A stretch of 64,000 bases of DNA from Cyanophora paradoxa CCMP329 (Eukaryota > Plantae > Glaucophyta): the NCBI GenBank assembly GCA_004431415.1, contig QPMI01000015.1, forward strand, positions 62,001 through 126,000, written 5' to 3'. Shown here piece by piece: positions 22,280 to 34,738 of the stretch (position 1 is its first letter; each line of letters begins with the position of its first letter). The notes below the pieces were generated by a model, which was not told where the DNA came from, made no database searches, and was given only the letters and a program-made list of their open reading frames with translations. The position numbers and the translations under genes are program-made.

Positions 22280-23578
22280 ATGCCCTCAGCACAGATAGGA
22301 TTGCGACCCGTCCCTAAAATTGTAAAGAAGAGCATGAAAGAAGACCAAGGGAACATGCTACCAATCACTATTCCGGTCGAAGAGAAGAACACACGAATCT
22401 TGAAGAAGTCTGAGATGGTTAAAGAACTGATCCCGGAGGCATTACCTACTGAGACTGTAACGAAAGAATCAAAGATCGCGAAGAAGTTTTACGATCCGCG
22501 CACAGGTTACAAGGGTTTCGGAGCAATGAGAAAGGAACTACCAGAGGAGGATTACAAGAAGATGAGAGAATGGTATGATAAACAGGAAGTCGTTCAGATA
22601 AACGCACCGACCCTTTCAAGAAAGAGAGACCCGATGATTCCAATTCGGCAACCTCTCGATACTTACGTAATCGATCTGCTCTTTTTCCCTGCATACAAGA
22701 ACCAAAACGACGGTTACGATACGTTCATGTCCGCGATGGAATCTACCTTACGCACGGGTTACATCATTCCGATGAGAGATAAGAGTGCTCTTACGGCGCT
22801 TGCGGCGTTTGAGCAGCTACAAAGAAGAGTTCCGCGACCTATCGCTCGCGTTCAGAGTGACAGCGGAAGCGAATTCACAAATACGATGTTCACGAATTAC
22901 CTTGCTAAGAAGTTCATAGACCATCAGATAAGTGATGTCGCAGATCATCGAAGCCAAGGTAGAATCGAAGCATTTAACAAGCAGATCAAACGATTGATCA
23001 CCAACTATTGCATAGCAAACAACACAGCGAGATTCTTTGATGTTTTGGGAGACATTGAGTATAACTATAACCATACCATCCACTCGGCAACCAAGAGGAA
23101 ACCCGCAGAAACCACAGATGAGCATTATAGAGAAATCATAGGTTTAGAAGATGAGAAGTTTAAGAAGTCGATGGCTTACTTAGACGGTATTCAAAAGGGC
23201 ATGTTTGTGCGGGTGAGAATAGAAAAGAATCCATTCGCTAAACAGGGTGTCAATTGGTCGCGGATCGTTTATACTGTCGAGGGTAGGGAGGGTTTTAAGT
23301 TTCGGTTACGAAATCCGAATGGTGAAATGGTCGATGGGAGGTTTGCTTTCCACGAACTGTTACCTATCAAAGGTGTAGAGTATCATGAGGCACCCACAGG
23401 TGATGCATTAGAACAAGCCAAAGAAGAAGCGCGGGTGGATTCAGCGATACGTAAGGAAGGCATCGAAAAAGCGGATGATGTCCCAGAAGAACCGCTTTTA
23501 CAAGCCAGATTAAAGAAAAAAAGTAAAATTACAAGGGAGTTAAAGAAACTTACAATTAATGGAACTGAAAAGCTCTAA
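22280..23578 (+). CDS. Retroviral-like (rve) DDE integrase
   Basis: Catalytic triad in YVIDLLF / VQSDSGSEF / GRIEAFN; YNHTIHSAT and FAKQGVNWS motifs typical of Polinton integrases; consistent with the 6-bp TSD. Confidence 0.95.
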   Translation: MPSAQIGLRPVPKIVKKSMKEDQGNMLPITIPVEEKNTRILKKSEMVKELIPEALPTETVTKESKIAKKFYDPRTGYKGFGAMRKELPEEDYKKMREWYDKQEVVQINAPTLSRKRDPMIPIRQPLDTYVIDLLFFPAYKNQNDGYDTFMSAMESTLRTGYIIPMRDKSALTALAAFEQLQRRVPRPIARVQSDSGSEFTNTMFTNYLAKKFIDHQISDVADHRSQGRIEAFNKQIKRLITNYCIANNTARFFDVLGDIEYNYNHTIHSATKRKPAETTDEHYREIIGLEDEKFKKSMAYLDGIQKGMFVRVRIEKNPFAKQGVNWSRIVYTVEGREGFKFRLRNPNGEMVDGRFAFHELLPIKGVEYHEAPTGDALEQAKEEARVDSAIRKEGIEKADDVPEEPLLQARLKKKSKITRELKKLTINGTEKL

Positions 23579-25113
23579 TTTCTAATAAATGCGCCCGTTA
23601 CATCGACTCTCATAGTCGGAGCATTTATATATATTAATGGATAAATACGTATATATCGTGTTCTCAATGGATAACCTATGTAAAATACATCGTTTACCGA
23701 CAGCGGGAACCCCATAGCATATGATACATCCCCAGAGTTATTAGCATTATTTATATTCTCACATACAAACATTCTATTTACACCCTCATATTTGATAAAT
23801 GACCATGTTATACCATCTTGCGATGTCGCAACATTGAAAGTCTTAATAAACGCAGTTGTTATACCTGACCCATAAGCAATTATAGAAGCGATTTCAAATG
23901 TATATGGAAAGGCTATTTGCAGATATTCAGTAGGCGTTTCCCATACTCCGTTAATTGCGGACGCATTCGCTTCCCATCCAGTTAATGATGGGCGGGCTTT
24001 AAATGCCTCTTTTCCGAATTTTGCAGAAGAAGCGGTAAACGCATTATCTGACAGAAGATACCAATTAGCATCGATGGGAGGTATGTTATTAAGAGTGGAT
24101 GACACATATGATCTGACAGGGTTCTTAATCTCATAATTTGTTACAAGTAACTCACATAGTCGATTTATCATGGCGTCATTTGCTTCTATATACGTTTCAG
24201 TCGCCGCTATCATGTCCGGAATCTTAGAAGTATCATCGAGGGAGTTTAAGATATCTTTCGGAAGCGGCACAGAGATACGGTAGTATCGCGCATATCCTTG
24301 GTCATCATTATATGGTAAAAACTCATGCATCTTTTCAAGAGCCGATAATTCACTTGCAGCCATTAGCATATTGATTAATGGACTCCCTGAGGTGGAAGCA
24401 ATCCATGATAGAATTCCCCAGGTATTCACACTTTCGTAAGAGTAACCCACATTTGGTGCGTCGGTTTCGTTAACCTCACCACATGATATGCTAATAACTA
24501 TAATATCGTCGTCGTTATCATAAATCTTTTTTGCGTGACTGTAACCACAAACACTTGGGTTATTGTTACCTGATATCGCACCATCAATTAGACACATCCC
24601 CTCGTAATCGACAGGAGCAAAATATGTAGGAGCGGCGGAAGTAGAACGTGCCGCTATTTTACTTGGTATAGTCTTGTAATCATTATCATTTGCTATAAAA
24701 ATTGGTTTCATGCTTACAGTGTCGAACGTCGTAATAACCACATCTTTTAGTGAATCTTTTATGAGAGCTTCCCCAGTCACAGAGAAAATAGCGGTTTCTA
24801 ATGGTGATACATCGTATTTAGTATTAAAAAGTGCATTCTCTATGATATTCCGTGGATTCGCAAAGATCAATGGGAGATGATATAGGTAAGTATTATGAAG
24901 GTCGGTAGCCGTTAATTTAGGTTCATCGGGAAATTCGGGATTTTTCACATTGAGACCGATAGCAATAATACCGCCTGTGGACGTTCCACTTACAAGATCG
25001 ACCAAATCAATAACGCGTTTACCTGTTCTTGTTTCTATTTCTTTTAACAACCTTGTTATGATAATACCACGTGCGCCGCCGCCGGACAATGCTAAAACTA
25101 CGCGTAAGGGCAT
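23575..25113 (-). CDS. Patatin-like phospholipase fused to a C-terminal F5/8 type C (discoidin) domain
   Basis: LSGGGARG, GTSTG, SAAPTYF and IDGA motifs; C-terminal EYLQIAF...FNVATSQDGITWS...TRYIRIYP...MRVDV. First ATG at 25113. Confidence 0.9.
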   Translation of the reverse strand: MPLRVVLALSGGGARGIIITRLLKEIETRTGKRVIDLVDLVSGTSTGGIIAIGLNVKNPEFPDEPKLTATDLHNTYLYHLPLIFANPRNIIENALFNTKYDVSPLETAIFSVTGEALIKDSLKDVVITTFDTVSMKPIFIANDNDYKTIPSKIAARSTSAAPTYFAPVDYEGMCLIDGAISGNNNPSVCGYSHAKKIYDNDDDIIVISISCGEVNETDAPNVGYSYESVNTWGILSWIASTSGSPLINMLMAASELSALEKMHEFLPYNDDQGYARYYRISVPLPKDILNSLDDTSKIPDMIAATETYIEANDAMINRLCELLVTNYEIKNPVRSYVSSTLNNIPPIDANWYLLSDNAFTASSAKFGKEAFKARPSLTGWEANASAINGVWETPTEYLQIAFPYTFEIASIIAYGSGITTAFIKTFNVATSQDGITWSFIKYEGVNRMFVCENINNANNSGDVSYAMGFPLSVNDVFYIGYPLRTRYIRIYPLIYINAPTMRVDVTGAFIRN

Positions 25114-25162
25114 CTTTACTTTATTGAAATTTAATAAATCTCTATTATTAGAGTAATCAGGG

Positions 25163-28100
25163 ATGAGTTTCAATTATCCAGCAAATTTACAAACCATAAC
25201 AGGTAGTGGTAAAGGAAACACTAAACATGTAAACTTTGATAATATCACCATTAAAGGGTCGGCGTCAATTGATCAGAGCGCCGATAAACCCAGTAAGACG
25301 CATCCCAGGATTCATGCTTTATCGCTGAATCAAACAGACCCAGAGAAAGAAGATGTAAGTATAGCTTTCAGTTTGGGGAATGTAAAAAAAAACGCGGTTG
25401 CGGAGATCAAGGCAACAAGAAGGAGACCACGGAAACTTAAAGCAAGTGGAACGCATCCCGATATTCCCACACGTTACGATAGCGGACGTTTGGTTTTTAA
25501 TGTCCAGGATGAGAAGGGAGTTCATCGTAGCGGTTTGAGAATCTATAATGAAGGATCAAACGCGATTACACAAATCCCTCAGATATTACAGGTAGCCCCC
25601 CATGGTGAAGAGAATCAGATTCGCCACACCAATAATATTTACCCAAAGGACATCGTCAACAGTTCAAACACTAATGCACTGTTTGGTTTCACTCTTCCAC
25701 CGGATACTTCCAAAGAAAAGGATTCGATCACAGTCGACAGTAGTCCCAGTCAACCAGTAGCTATACATTTACATCCTGATCTTGTCGAAATGGATCGACA
25801 TTTACTACCTTTGTTTTCAAACACAAAAGATCTTGGTATTAGAACCCGACAGTGGCGAAATATTCACGGTAGCAACGTGTATGCAAATGGCGAGAAACTT
25901 GTTAGTGAGAAAACGATAAGAGAAATATTTGAACATTACGGACCTGTTCCAGTTCCATTTCCGTTACCATGGGATCCACCAGATCTTACACCAAAAAAAC
26001 AACCCGGAAGAGAATACACAGCTGATGAAACGGTTGCGTTTGGTCAACATTTAGTTAGTTGGGAAAAAGTTTATAATAAACCAGTTTTTAAAGATTACAA
26101 ACCGCCCGCTGAGGAACTCTTAGCACCAGATATTAATGTAATCCCTCTCGAACATAAAGAATGTGAAGACGTGGAAGAATTGCCGGATGGATTTGATCCT
26201 AACCATATGTTATATGATCGTTACGAACCTTTCGATGAACAACTTTTACCAGATGGATTAAATCCACCTAACATAGATTACGAACAACCACATATACCAG
26301 ATGAAGAGTTATTACCAGACGGATTACAGCCGGGTTTTTTCGATTTTACCGTAGATTGGAGGGATATTATTAACAAACCCGAAACATTTCCACCAGATCC
26401 ACACGAACACGAATGGGAAGACATTTTAAACAAACCGGAAAGATTTCCGCCCACAGAGCATCGCCACGATTGGGAAGATCTCGATAACATACCGCCAGAG
26501 TTTCCACCAGAAGACCATAGGCATAATTGGGACGAAATCGATGAGCAACCTACTTTCGCATCGGCAGGAAATATATTAACAGATTTCCAACATGGCGTAA
26601 GTCTCTACCGAAACATAAACACACCAGAAAGATTACAATTAAACGATTATTACGTAAATCGCAGGGGAATAGATGCAGGCACCACAATGGAAGGTGAATT
26701 ATACATTCGACCACCTACAAGGGATGTAATATTACCACTTGGTGGAGGTATTGAAATAAAAGACACAAAACCGGGAATCTATCTTACCAATTACTACGCA
26801 GATGATGTCCCGATGACAGGAGGTTTATTATCTCTACCATCTGATCCAGCAAATTATGATGATAAAAACGCAGCAATCCAAATTAATGTGACTAATGTAA
26901 GCGATTTAGACGGATCAAGACCAAAATTAATATTTAGCCGTGAGCAACTCGCAGCAGAAACACTTTTAGGAGATCGTGACGATTATAAACAATGTGAGGT
27001 TGCATGGATCAAAACAAATTATAATGGTGGAGTTCCAGAGGGTCTTTTAGAAATCAATCAAAGAGCAAGCGCCAAAAACATACACAATGAAGATATATCG
27101 AGAGTGGTAACGGAAGATTACCTAACGGCTGTAATTCTCGTTAATTTCGTAACTCTTGCGATGCTTGGAAATTATGTAACAAAACCTGAACTTGCGGTGG
27201 AATTATCAAAATATCTCCCGCTTGTTGGTGGGACAATCACAGGAGATCTTACGGTTAATAGTAATATTTACAGTAGCAACATAGAGACAAGCAATTTGAA
27301 AGTAAATGGAAATCTCACAGTGACAAGCAATGTTTTTATTGGAGATAGAAATACAAAAGTCGATGTCTTTTATAACACACCATATTACCCAGTTACATCT
27401 AACACTGATCCAGCTACAACCATTCCGAAATGTCTTTTAACTATCAGACCGGATGGGCTACCTGTTAATACAAACCCCTATAATCAGTTTATCGCAAATA
27501 GGGCTACATCAGCTGTCCCATTCCTTTCAGGCATTTCTTTCCCATTTTGGGGGAGCAGTGGAACAGTTGTAGCAAACCCCAATCTCAACAATCAAAAGGT
27601 AGTAAGAAAGTCAGGTGGATATACTTTTCAACCATATATAAACTACTCTGTTACCGTGGATTGGTCGGAAGGAATGACACTTTTTTATGTTGGTAATCAC
27701 TATTCCGCAACAAATTGGCAAACAGTTCATTTAGATTTTGGTTCTCCTGATGGAACCCATAAAATAGCATTTGGGTATGGGTCATCTTTATCATTTGGCT
27801 TGTATTCATTTACGAGTAATGGGGTGAGCTACCCAGCTCCACGAGTGAATACCAATTACGCTTCCCATTCTGCTAATTATTGGGACACCACCATAACTTC
27901 TAATGCAATAACTTTCGGCATCGGTGGTCAAGATGTAGGAACATTTACAGGAACAAATTACCTTCCCCCTTCCACTTTCAATCGAATGGGAGTCGATTAT
28001 TTCATAGGTGATGTAGCCGAATACATCGTTTTCAACAGAGCCTTGTCGTTTGAGGAGAAGCAAAAAGTGAGATTCTATATTCAAGATAGGTATGGCTTCC

Positions 28101-31100
28101 CAAAAACGCAATCGCTTTATTATCCTGATAATCTCCGAATCTCCGCTGAATTTGTCCATATTCGAAATCTTATCGTTTCTTCAAATGCTGTTATTCCGAA
28201 TTATACTACATCGAATGTGGTTCAAGGTTGGATTCAGAACCACACACACACAAAAGCGCAAATTATAGATTTTGCACACAATCATTTATGGGAGCATATA
28301 ACTGATAAACCTTTAACCTTCCCACCAACTACACACACTCATGATTATTCACAAATAACGAATAGTAATCACACTCACACTAAATCAGAGATTATAGATT
28401 TCGCCCACACACATTTATGGGAGCATATCACAAATCCTCCGTTAACCTTCCCACCTGATTCACATACTCATGATTACTCAACAATAACCAATAGCAACCA
28501 CAGACACCCATGGAATGAAATAGATGAAAAACCACGTTTTGCATCAACAGGTGATTTAGTAAATGGTGATGGATTTTATGGGGTTAGTTTCTATCAGAGT
28601 GATACCATCGCTGAAAGATTACAATTAAGTGAATACTATTTACACCGAAAAGGAATTGAAGCAGGCACCACAATGGATGGCGAATTATATATTAAACAAC
28701 CAACAAGAACAACATTAGTAGCAGCAGGTGGTGATGCATTGATAGACACCAAACCAGGTATATTTTTAACAAGTTATTATAATGCGGATATCCCGTTAAC
28801 ATCAGGATTACCACCGCTACCATCTGATCCAGTGGGTTATAGTCATAAAGACGCCATTTTACAAGTGAATGTAACAGATGTAAGCGCAACCGATGGATCA
28901 AGACCCAAAATAATATTTAGCCGTTCAAAATTCAATTACGCACCTCTTGCGGGACAACCAAAAGATGATTTCGGGAAATGTGAGATGGCGTGGATTAAAA
29001 CATTAGCAGGTGGCGCCTTAGAAGTTAATCAGAGAATGGCGGCGAAAAACTTACACAATGAGAACCTTTCGGGTGTGGTCACGGATGATTACATGCAAAG
29101 TAAAAACTATGTGGATGATACACATACTCATACCAAAGATCAGATCACAGATTTTGCCCATACTCACACCAAAGATCAGATCACAGATTTTGCGCATACT
29201 CACACAAAAGATCAGATCACAGATTTTGCGCATACTCACACAAAAGATCAGATCACAGATTTTGCCCACACTCACACCAAAGATCAGATCACAGATTTTG
29301 CGCATACTCACACCAAAGATCAGATCACAGATTTTGCCCATACTCACACAAAAGACCAAATTACAGACTTTGCGCATACTCACACAAAAGATCAGATCAC
29401 AGATTTTGCCCATACTCACACAAAAGATCAGATCACAGATTTTGCCCATACTCACACAAAAGATCAAATAACAGATTTCGCCCATTCTCATTTATGGGAG
29501 CATATCACAAATCCTCCATTAACCTTTCCTCCGGATTCACACACTCATGATTACTTGCCTCTCACAGGAGGAACAATTTCATCAAATCTTACGATTTCAT
29601 CCAATTTGAATGTTATAGAAAAAATTCAAATTGGAGACAAAAATACAAACATTGATGTATACTATGACGCACCCTATTATCCTGTTACTTCCAACACTGA
29701 CCCCGCCAAAACCACACCGAAATGCCTTTTAACAATGAGAATGGATGGGCTTCCTGTTAATACAAATCCTCAGTCACAGTTCATCCCCAATAGGGCAACA
29801 TCAGCTGTTCCGTTTATTTCAGGGATAACATTCCCATTTTTCGGGAGCAGTGGTGCTGTCGTAGCAAATCCTTTATTCAACAACCAAAAAGTAGTAAGAA
29901 AGTCAGGTGGATATACTGCCTCGGCATTCATTAACTATAATGTATCCGTTGATTGGTCAGAGGGCATGACACTGTTCTATGTAGGTAGTCACTACTCTGC
30001 ACCAAATTGGCAAACAGTTCATTTAGATTTTGGTTCTCCTGATGGAACCCATAAAATAGAGTTTGGGTATGGATCGTCATTATCATTTGGTTTGTATTCA
30101 TTCACAAGTAATGGAGTGGGTTACACAGCCCCACGAGTGAACACCAATTATGCTTCCCATTCAGCTAATTATTGGGACACCACCATAACTTCAAACAGCA
30201 TAACCTTTGGAATCAGAGGACAAGATGTAGGAACCTTTACAGGAACAAATTACCTTCCACCTTCAACTTTCAGTAGGATGGGTGTTAACTATTTCATAGG
30301 TGATATAGCCGAATACATCATTTTCAATAGAGCATTAACGTTTGAAGAGAAGCAAAGGGTGAGATACTATATTCAGGATTATTATGGCTTCCCAAAAACT
30401 CAATCTCTCTATTATCCTGAGAATCTACGCATTTCTTCGGACTTTGTTCATATTAGAAACTTAATAGTAAGTTCAAATGCTACCATTCCAAACTACACAA
30501 CATCCAATGTGGTGCAGGGATGGATACAAAACCACACTCATGCTTGGTCGAATATCACAGATAGACCTTCAATATTCCCACCTACAACCCATGAGCATAC
30601 ATGGGATGAGATCAATAACCAACCTGAATTCTCAAAGGTCGAACCTGTGAATATGGGGGTTTCCCTTTATAAATCCTGCAATATTGCGGAAAGAACTATT
30701 TTGAATGAGCATTATGTTCACCTCAAAGGGGCTGATGCGGGCAGTGCAATGACAGGACCTCTATTTGTCCGAAGCTTGCCTCAATTCCGAGTGCAAGATA
30801 TGGCGTATGTTAACCCGGGTGACACTTTCCCGAATATCTATGTGACAAGCTATTACAAAAACGATATTCCAAAGGATGGGTTCGGTGTTCCTCCAATCCT
30901 GCGGGTTATCAAGACTTCTCAGCAGCTGTCCATGTGAATGTGACAGATGTAAGCAGCTTGGATGGATCAAGACCTAAGATAGTTTTCACTCGGGATAAAC
31001 TCAATTATATTCCACTTGTTGGGCAACCAACTGATAATTACAGTAAAGCTGAGATCGCTTGGATTAAAACGCTATCAGGTGGGGCTATTGAAGCCAATCA

Positions 31101-32502
31101 GAGAATGGCGGCTAAAAACCTGCACAACGAGACCCTTTCAGGTGTGGTCACAGACGATTACCTGCAAAGCAAAAATTATATAGATGAAACCGAATTGGGT
31201 GTTGCACTTCAAACTCACAGTCATGCATGGAACAATATCACAGATAAACCTTTAACATTCCCTCCTGCAACCCATACTCATGCTTGGTCAAATATCACAG
31301 ATAGACCTAATCTTGCAACTGTTGCAACGACAGGAAATTACGATGATCTGATAAATAAACCAACATACACATCCCCTATCAACTTTGATGCCACAAATGG
31401 TCTTTCAACAGATCGCACAGGCGATTGGAGATTTTTCACATTTATATCTCCTTACTCAGGAGCAAACACATGGGCTTCTGGTGATGAAGATTGTAGTGGC
31501 TACAAGATGTTATGGACTGTCCCTGCGGGAATGAAAACATGCTATATCTTCTATGTGTGTCTATATAATAGCAGATACTTCGATGTTGTGGGAGTTTATC
31601 CATCAACGAATTCTTATACACTTTCGAGAGTAAATGCTTATTCTCCTGGTATTGACCCAAGTGTAGAGTATAGGCAATATGTCGGAGTGAATTGTGAAGG
31701 GCTGAGTAAAGTGGGTGTTCAAGGGCGAATAGGAAGGATTTACCTTGTGGGTCTTGTAGGTTGGAGCAAGAACCCCACTGTATCCTCACATAGCGGCTTC
31801 TTGCATTGGGATAACATTTATGGGAAACCAACAGCTTCTACAACTGTCGGACCTCACTCTCACACTAAATCAGATATCACCGACTTTGCCCATACTCACA
31901 CAAAGGCAAATATTACAGATTTCGCCCATACTCATACTAAATCAGAAATCACAGATCTCCCAAGTTTAGACCCATTCACAGCCAATACAATCACTGCAAA
32001 TAATACTATGTATGTAGGATCAGGTCAAATAGTAGCCCCTGCATCGCCTACAAATGAGGAAACTTGGTTCTTCCACAATTCAGCAAACTTTTATGATAAA
32101 ACCCTACTCTGTCGCGGAAATGCTTATGCAAGAGCATTTTATGCAATGAATGCGGGAACCACGAATACAATTAGCCAACTTCCAACTTGGTATGATATAG
32201 AAAGACGATTTAAGTCAGGAAAATTTCAAGCTTACAGTGGTGTTATAAGCGCAGGTCAGAGAACACAGCATGCACAGGTTTTGAATTGGGATCCTGCTTT
32301 TTACACTAAGACACCTGTTGTAACTGCCACACTTGAAGGAACTCCTGCAACAAACCCCGGGGATGTAGATTTTAGAATTGGAATCTCAAACTCCACATCT
32401 ACCTATACAACAATTTATGTGACATTCATAGCATCCCCTACTCTATCTGAAAGCCGAAGTATCACTTGCACAATCCATTGGACAGCATATGGAGTCCCAT
32501 AA
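25163..32502 (+). CDS. Giant fibre/adhesin-like protein (~2450 aa if joined), split by a -1 frameshift near 30890 into 25163-30937 and ~30890-32502
   Basis: Numerous HxH repeats and YLPL.GGTI motifs, an NTKDLG...W motif, two LamG-like domains (FIGD.AEYI.FNRAL), three copies of a GVS.Y...DGSRPK module, and a C-terminal TPVVTAT...HWTAYG lectin/fibre-tip-like domain. Homology to the other module copies continues across the frame change (SNPAGYQDFSAAVHVNVTDVS). Confidence 0.8.
29123..29482 (+). repeat. 10 x 36-bp coding tandem repeat (HTHTKDQITDFA)
   Basis: Ten identical peptide units with synonymous codon variation. Confidence 0.95.
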
Positions 32503-32551
32503 TAAATGCATATTTCGCATTATTTTTCTTTCCTTCTTAGTAAAAGAAGCA

Positions 32552-33394
32552 ATGGGTGAATACAATCGTGTGCAATTACCCGTTTACGCATTGGGTGCGC
32601 CCGCCGTTCACTTTCGACAACACGAAGTAGCCGACGAAATCCGCGGTGTGGAATCTACGGAGCGGGCTAATTCCGCGAATGCATTTGATAAAAACAGTAT
32701 GATACGTGTGAAAGAACTACGCGCCGATAAGAATTCGGGAGTGGTTAAAACGACTCAGCTTCTTGTAACAAATGCGAATTTCAACGCGGGTATCGGGCAA
32801 CCTGACGCATGGGGTGTGGATATTAGAACGTTAGATTTTGACGGAGAACGTGCCGCCGCTGTTGTCCGATCGGGAGGCGCTGTTATTGGTGGCGGTTGTC
32901 GTGTGTCGGGTATGCTTGCATCCTCCGCTTCTGTCACCGATATTCCCGATACTCTACCTGAGCATGCGGACAATCCGCAACGAATCCGTATGTATACTCC
33001 ATGTGGAGATTATCCATATGTGTTTGGAATGGTTAGAGTTGCGGTAGATAACGTAAATGCAACACAACCCGATGGAATTATGGGAAATTGGTTATTACCT
33101 AATATTGCTATTCCTAAATCTATTGAGTCTATATGTCGTTCACAAAATGGAATTATCGGACCGGCTTATACTTTCTTTGTTCAAGGAATCGGACGCGGTA
33201 GAGGTTGGGTGGAATTCGACAACCAGAACCCCGCTACGTTTAATGTTTGGACAACAGAAGTAGGAGGTTACGATATTCTCATTTTCGGAATGCGAACAGA
33301 TCCAGCCGCTGTGGCGGCTACACGTGGTCTCAATCCTGATAACAACCTAAATAACTTCTACGATGATCCGTTCCCAGGAGATCCCACACCATAA
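32552..33394 (+). CDS. Hypothetical protein, 280 aa, paralogue of the next gene
   Basis: RVKELRADKNSGVVKTTQLLVTNANFNA shared with 33414-34259; first ATG clear of the fibre gene is 32552. Confidence 0.8.
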   Translation: MGEYNRVQLPVYALGAPAVHFRQHEVADEIRGVESTERANSANAFDKNSMIRVKELRADKNSGVVKTTQLLVTNANFNAGIGQPDAWGVDIRTLDFDGERAAAVVRSGGAVIGGGCRVSGMLASSASVTDIPDTLPEHADNPQRIRMYTPCGDYPYVFGMVRVAVDNVNATQPDGIMGNWLLPNIAIPKSIESICRSQNGIIGPAYTFFVQGIGRGRGWVEFDNQNPATFNVWTTEVGGYDILIFGMRTDPAAVAATRGLNPDNNLNNFYDDPFPGDPTP

Positions 33395-33413
33395 TTATGT
33401 TTTAATATATTAA

Positions 33414-34259
33414 ATGGCGGCGCCCGCTCCACCTGAACGCATCTTAACAGCGCAACTATCATTAGCCGCGCCGGCAAATCACGTATTACAACATGCCGTT
33501 ATCGATAATGTCGATGGTTTAGAATCTACGGAACTTGCACCTACTCTCAATACTTTTGGTGATACACACAAATTGCGACTGAAAGAGTTGAGATGTGACA
33601 AAAATAACGGCATTGTGAAAACTACGAAACTCCTTGTAACAAATGCAAACTTTAACGCTTTTTATGGAGATCCAGATAGTTATAATGATGATAACAAGGT
33701 AACAAACTTTGCTTATGAATCGAGAAACGGAGCAATTAAATGTAGATCGGGTGGCGCATATATCGGGGACGGACTAAGAGTTGGTGGTATCATTGGAGCG
33801 CCTCTTTTGGTGAATGATCAACCAAACCCCGATGATGCGAACACAAGAATAAGGACGTATTGCCCAGGCATGAATGAACCTTACCTAATTAAAATCTATA
33901 CAATCGTTATTAGTTTACAAACGGCGGTAGCCGATGTTTTAGAACCCTTAGGAAATCATTATAGATATAGAGACACGATACCAGAGGACATTTACGCATT
34001 ATGTAGAAGAACCGACGGAGCAAGACCGCGCCTTACGATACACATTATCCCCATAGATAATTTCGGTCAAGCGTTTCACTCAATACCTCTTTTAGATACG
34101 CAAGACAACCAATTTATAATAAGAGCGACACAACTTGGAAATTATAGAGTCATTATGTATGCCGAAAGAAACGACGCAATCGCAACGGCTAACCGATTCG
34201 GTCAATATCTTAATACCAATCTATACAATCCAATCGGCGGCAGTGATCCGCTACCATAA
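33414..34259 (+). CDS. Hypothetical protein, 281 aa, paralogue of the previous gene (possible virion/fibre-associated)
   Basis: RLKELRCDKNNGIVKTTKLLVTNANFNA; beta-rich C-terminus GNYRVIMYAERND parallels GYDILIFGMRTD. Confidence 0.8.
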   Translation: MAAPAPPERILTAQLSLAAPANHVLQHAVIDNVDGLESTELAPTLNTFGDTHKLRLKELRCDKNNGIVKTTKLLVTNANFNAFYGDPDSYNDDNKVTNFAYESRNGAIKCRSGGAYIGDGLRVGGIIGAPLLVNDQPNPDDANTRIRTYCPGMNEPYLIKIYTIVISLQTAVADVLEPLGNHYRYRDTIPEDIYALCRRTDGARPRLTIHIIPIDNFGQAFHSIPLLDTQDNQFIIRATQLGNYRVIMYAERNDAIATANRFGQYLNTNLYNPIGGSDPLP

Positions 34260-34280
34260 ATCTACGGTATATATAGAGGA

Positions 34281-34520
34281 ATGGATGAAAAAACAAAACG
34301 ATTTATTGAGTCTGCGATTATGGTTCATGGACTTGATAAATTCGATTACACCGAAACTGTCTATAAGAAGGCACAAGAGAAGGTATCCGTGAGATGCCTA
34401 CAATGTAATAAAGTCTTTCAGACCTACGGATTTAATCACATTAAGGGATCGGGTTGCCGACAGTGTTCCAAGAAACATTCTCATGCATACAGAAAAAGAC
34501 TACATGGGGAATCGTTATAG
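34281..34520 (+). CDS. Stand-alone zinc-ribbon protein (DUF723-like, normally associated with viral homing endonucleases)
   Basis: FI.SA..VHG.DKFDY....Y.....KV...C..C...F......H..G.GC..C pattern. Confidence 0.8.
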   Translation: MDEKTKRFIESAIMVHGLDKFDYTETVYKKAQEKVSVRCLQCNKVFQTYGFNHIKGSGCRQCSKKHSHAYRKRLHGESL

Positions 34521-34738
34521 AAGAGAAACCGATTATGTTATATTTTGATTAAAGTTTCGAAAGAGAAATGAGCATCTTTCCGCATTTACCTTTGGTTATT
34601 ATGCAAGTATCGAAGCAATTCGGACACGTCTTATGATAATGGAGCATTATGATATCGACCAACTCAAACGGAAATACTTTTGCTAAGATCGTTCGCATCC
34701 TACCAATTTCGTTTTTAATTTTTCTATATAATTCATAA

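Noticed and set aside
29051-29491. Alternative-frame repeat ORFs over the 36-bp repeat
   Set aside because: Third-position variation is synonymous only in the HTHTKDQITDFA frame.
34504-34686. Possible 60-codon ORF with an internal TGA (readthrough or recoding)
   Set aside because: Short, no recognisable motif, and no other evidence of TGA reassignment in the element.
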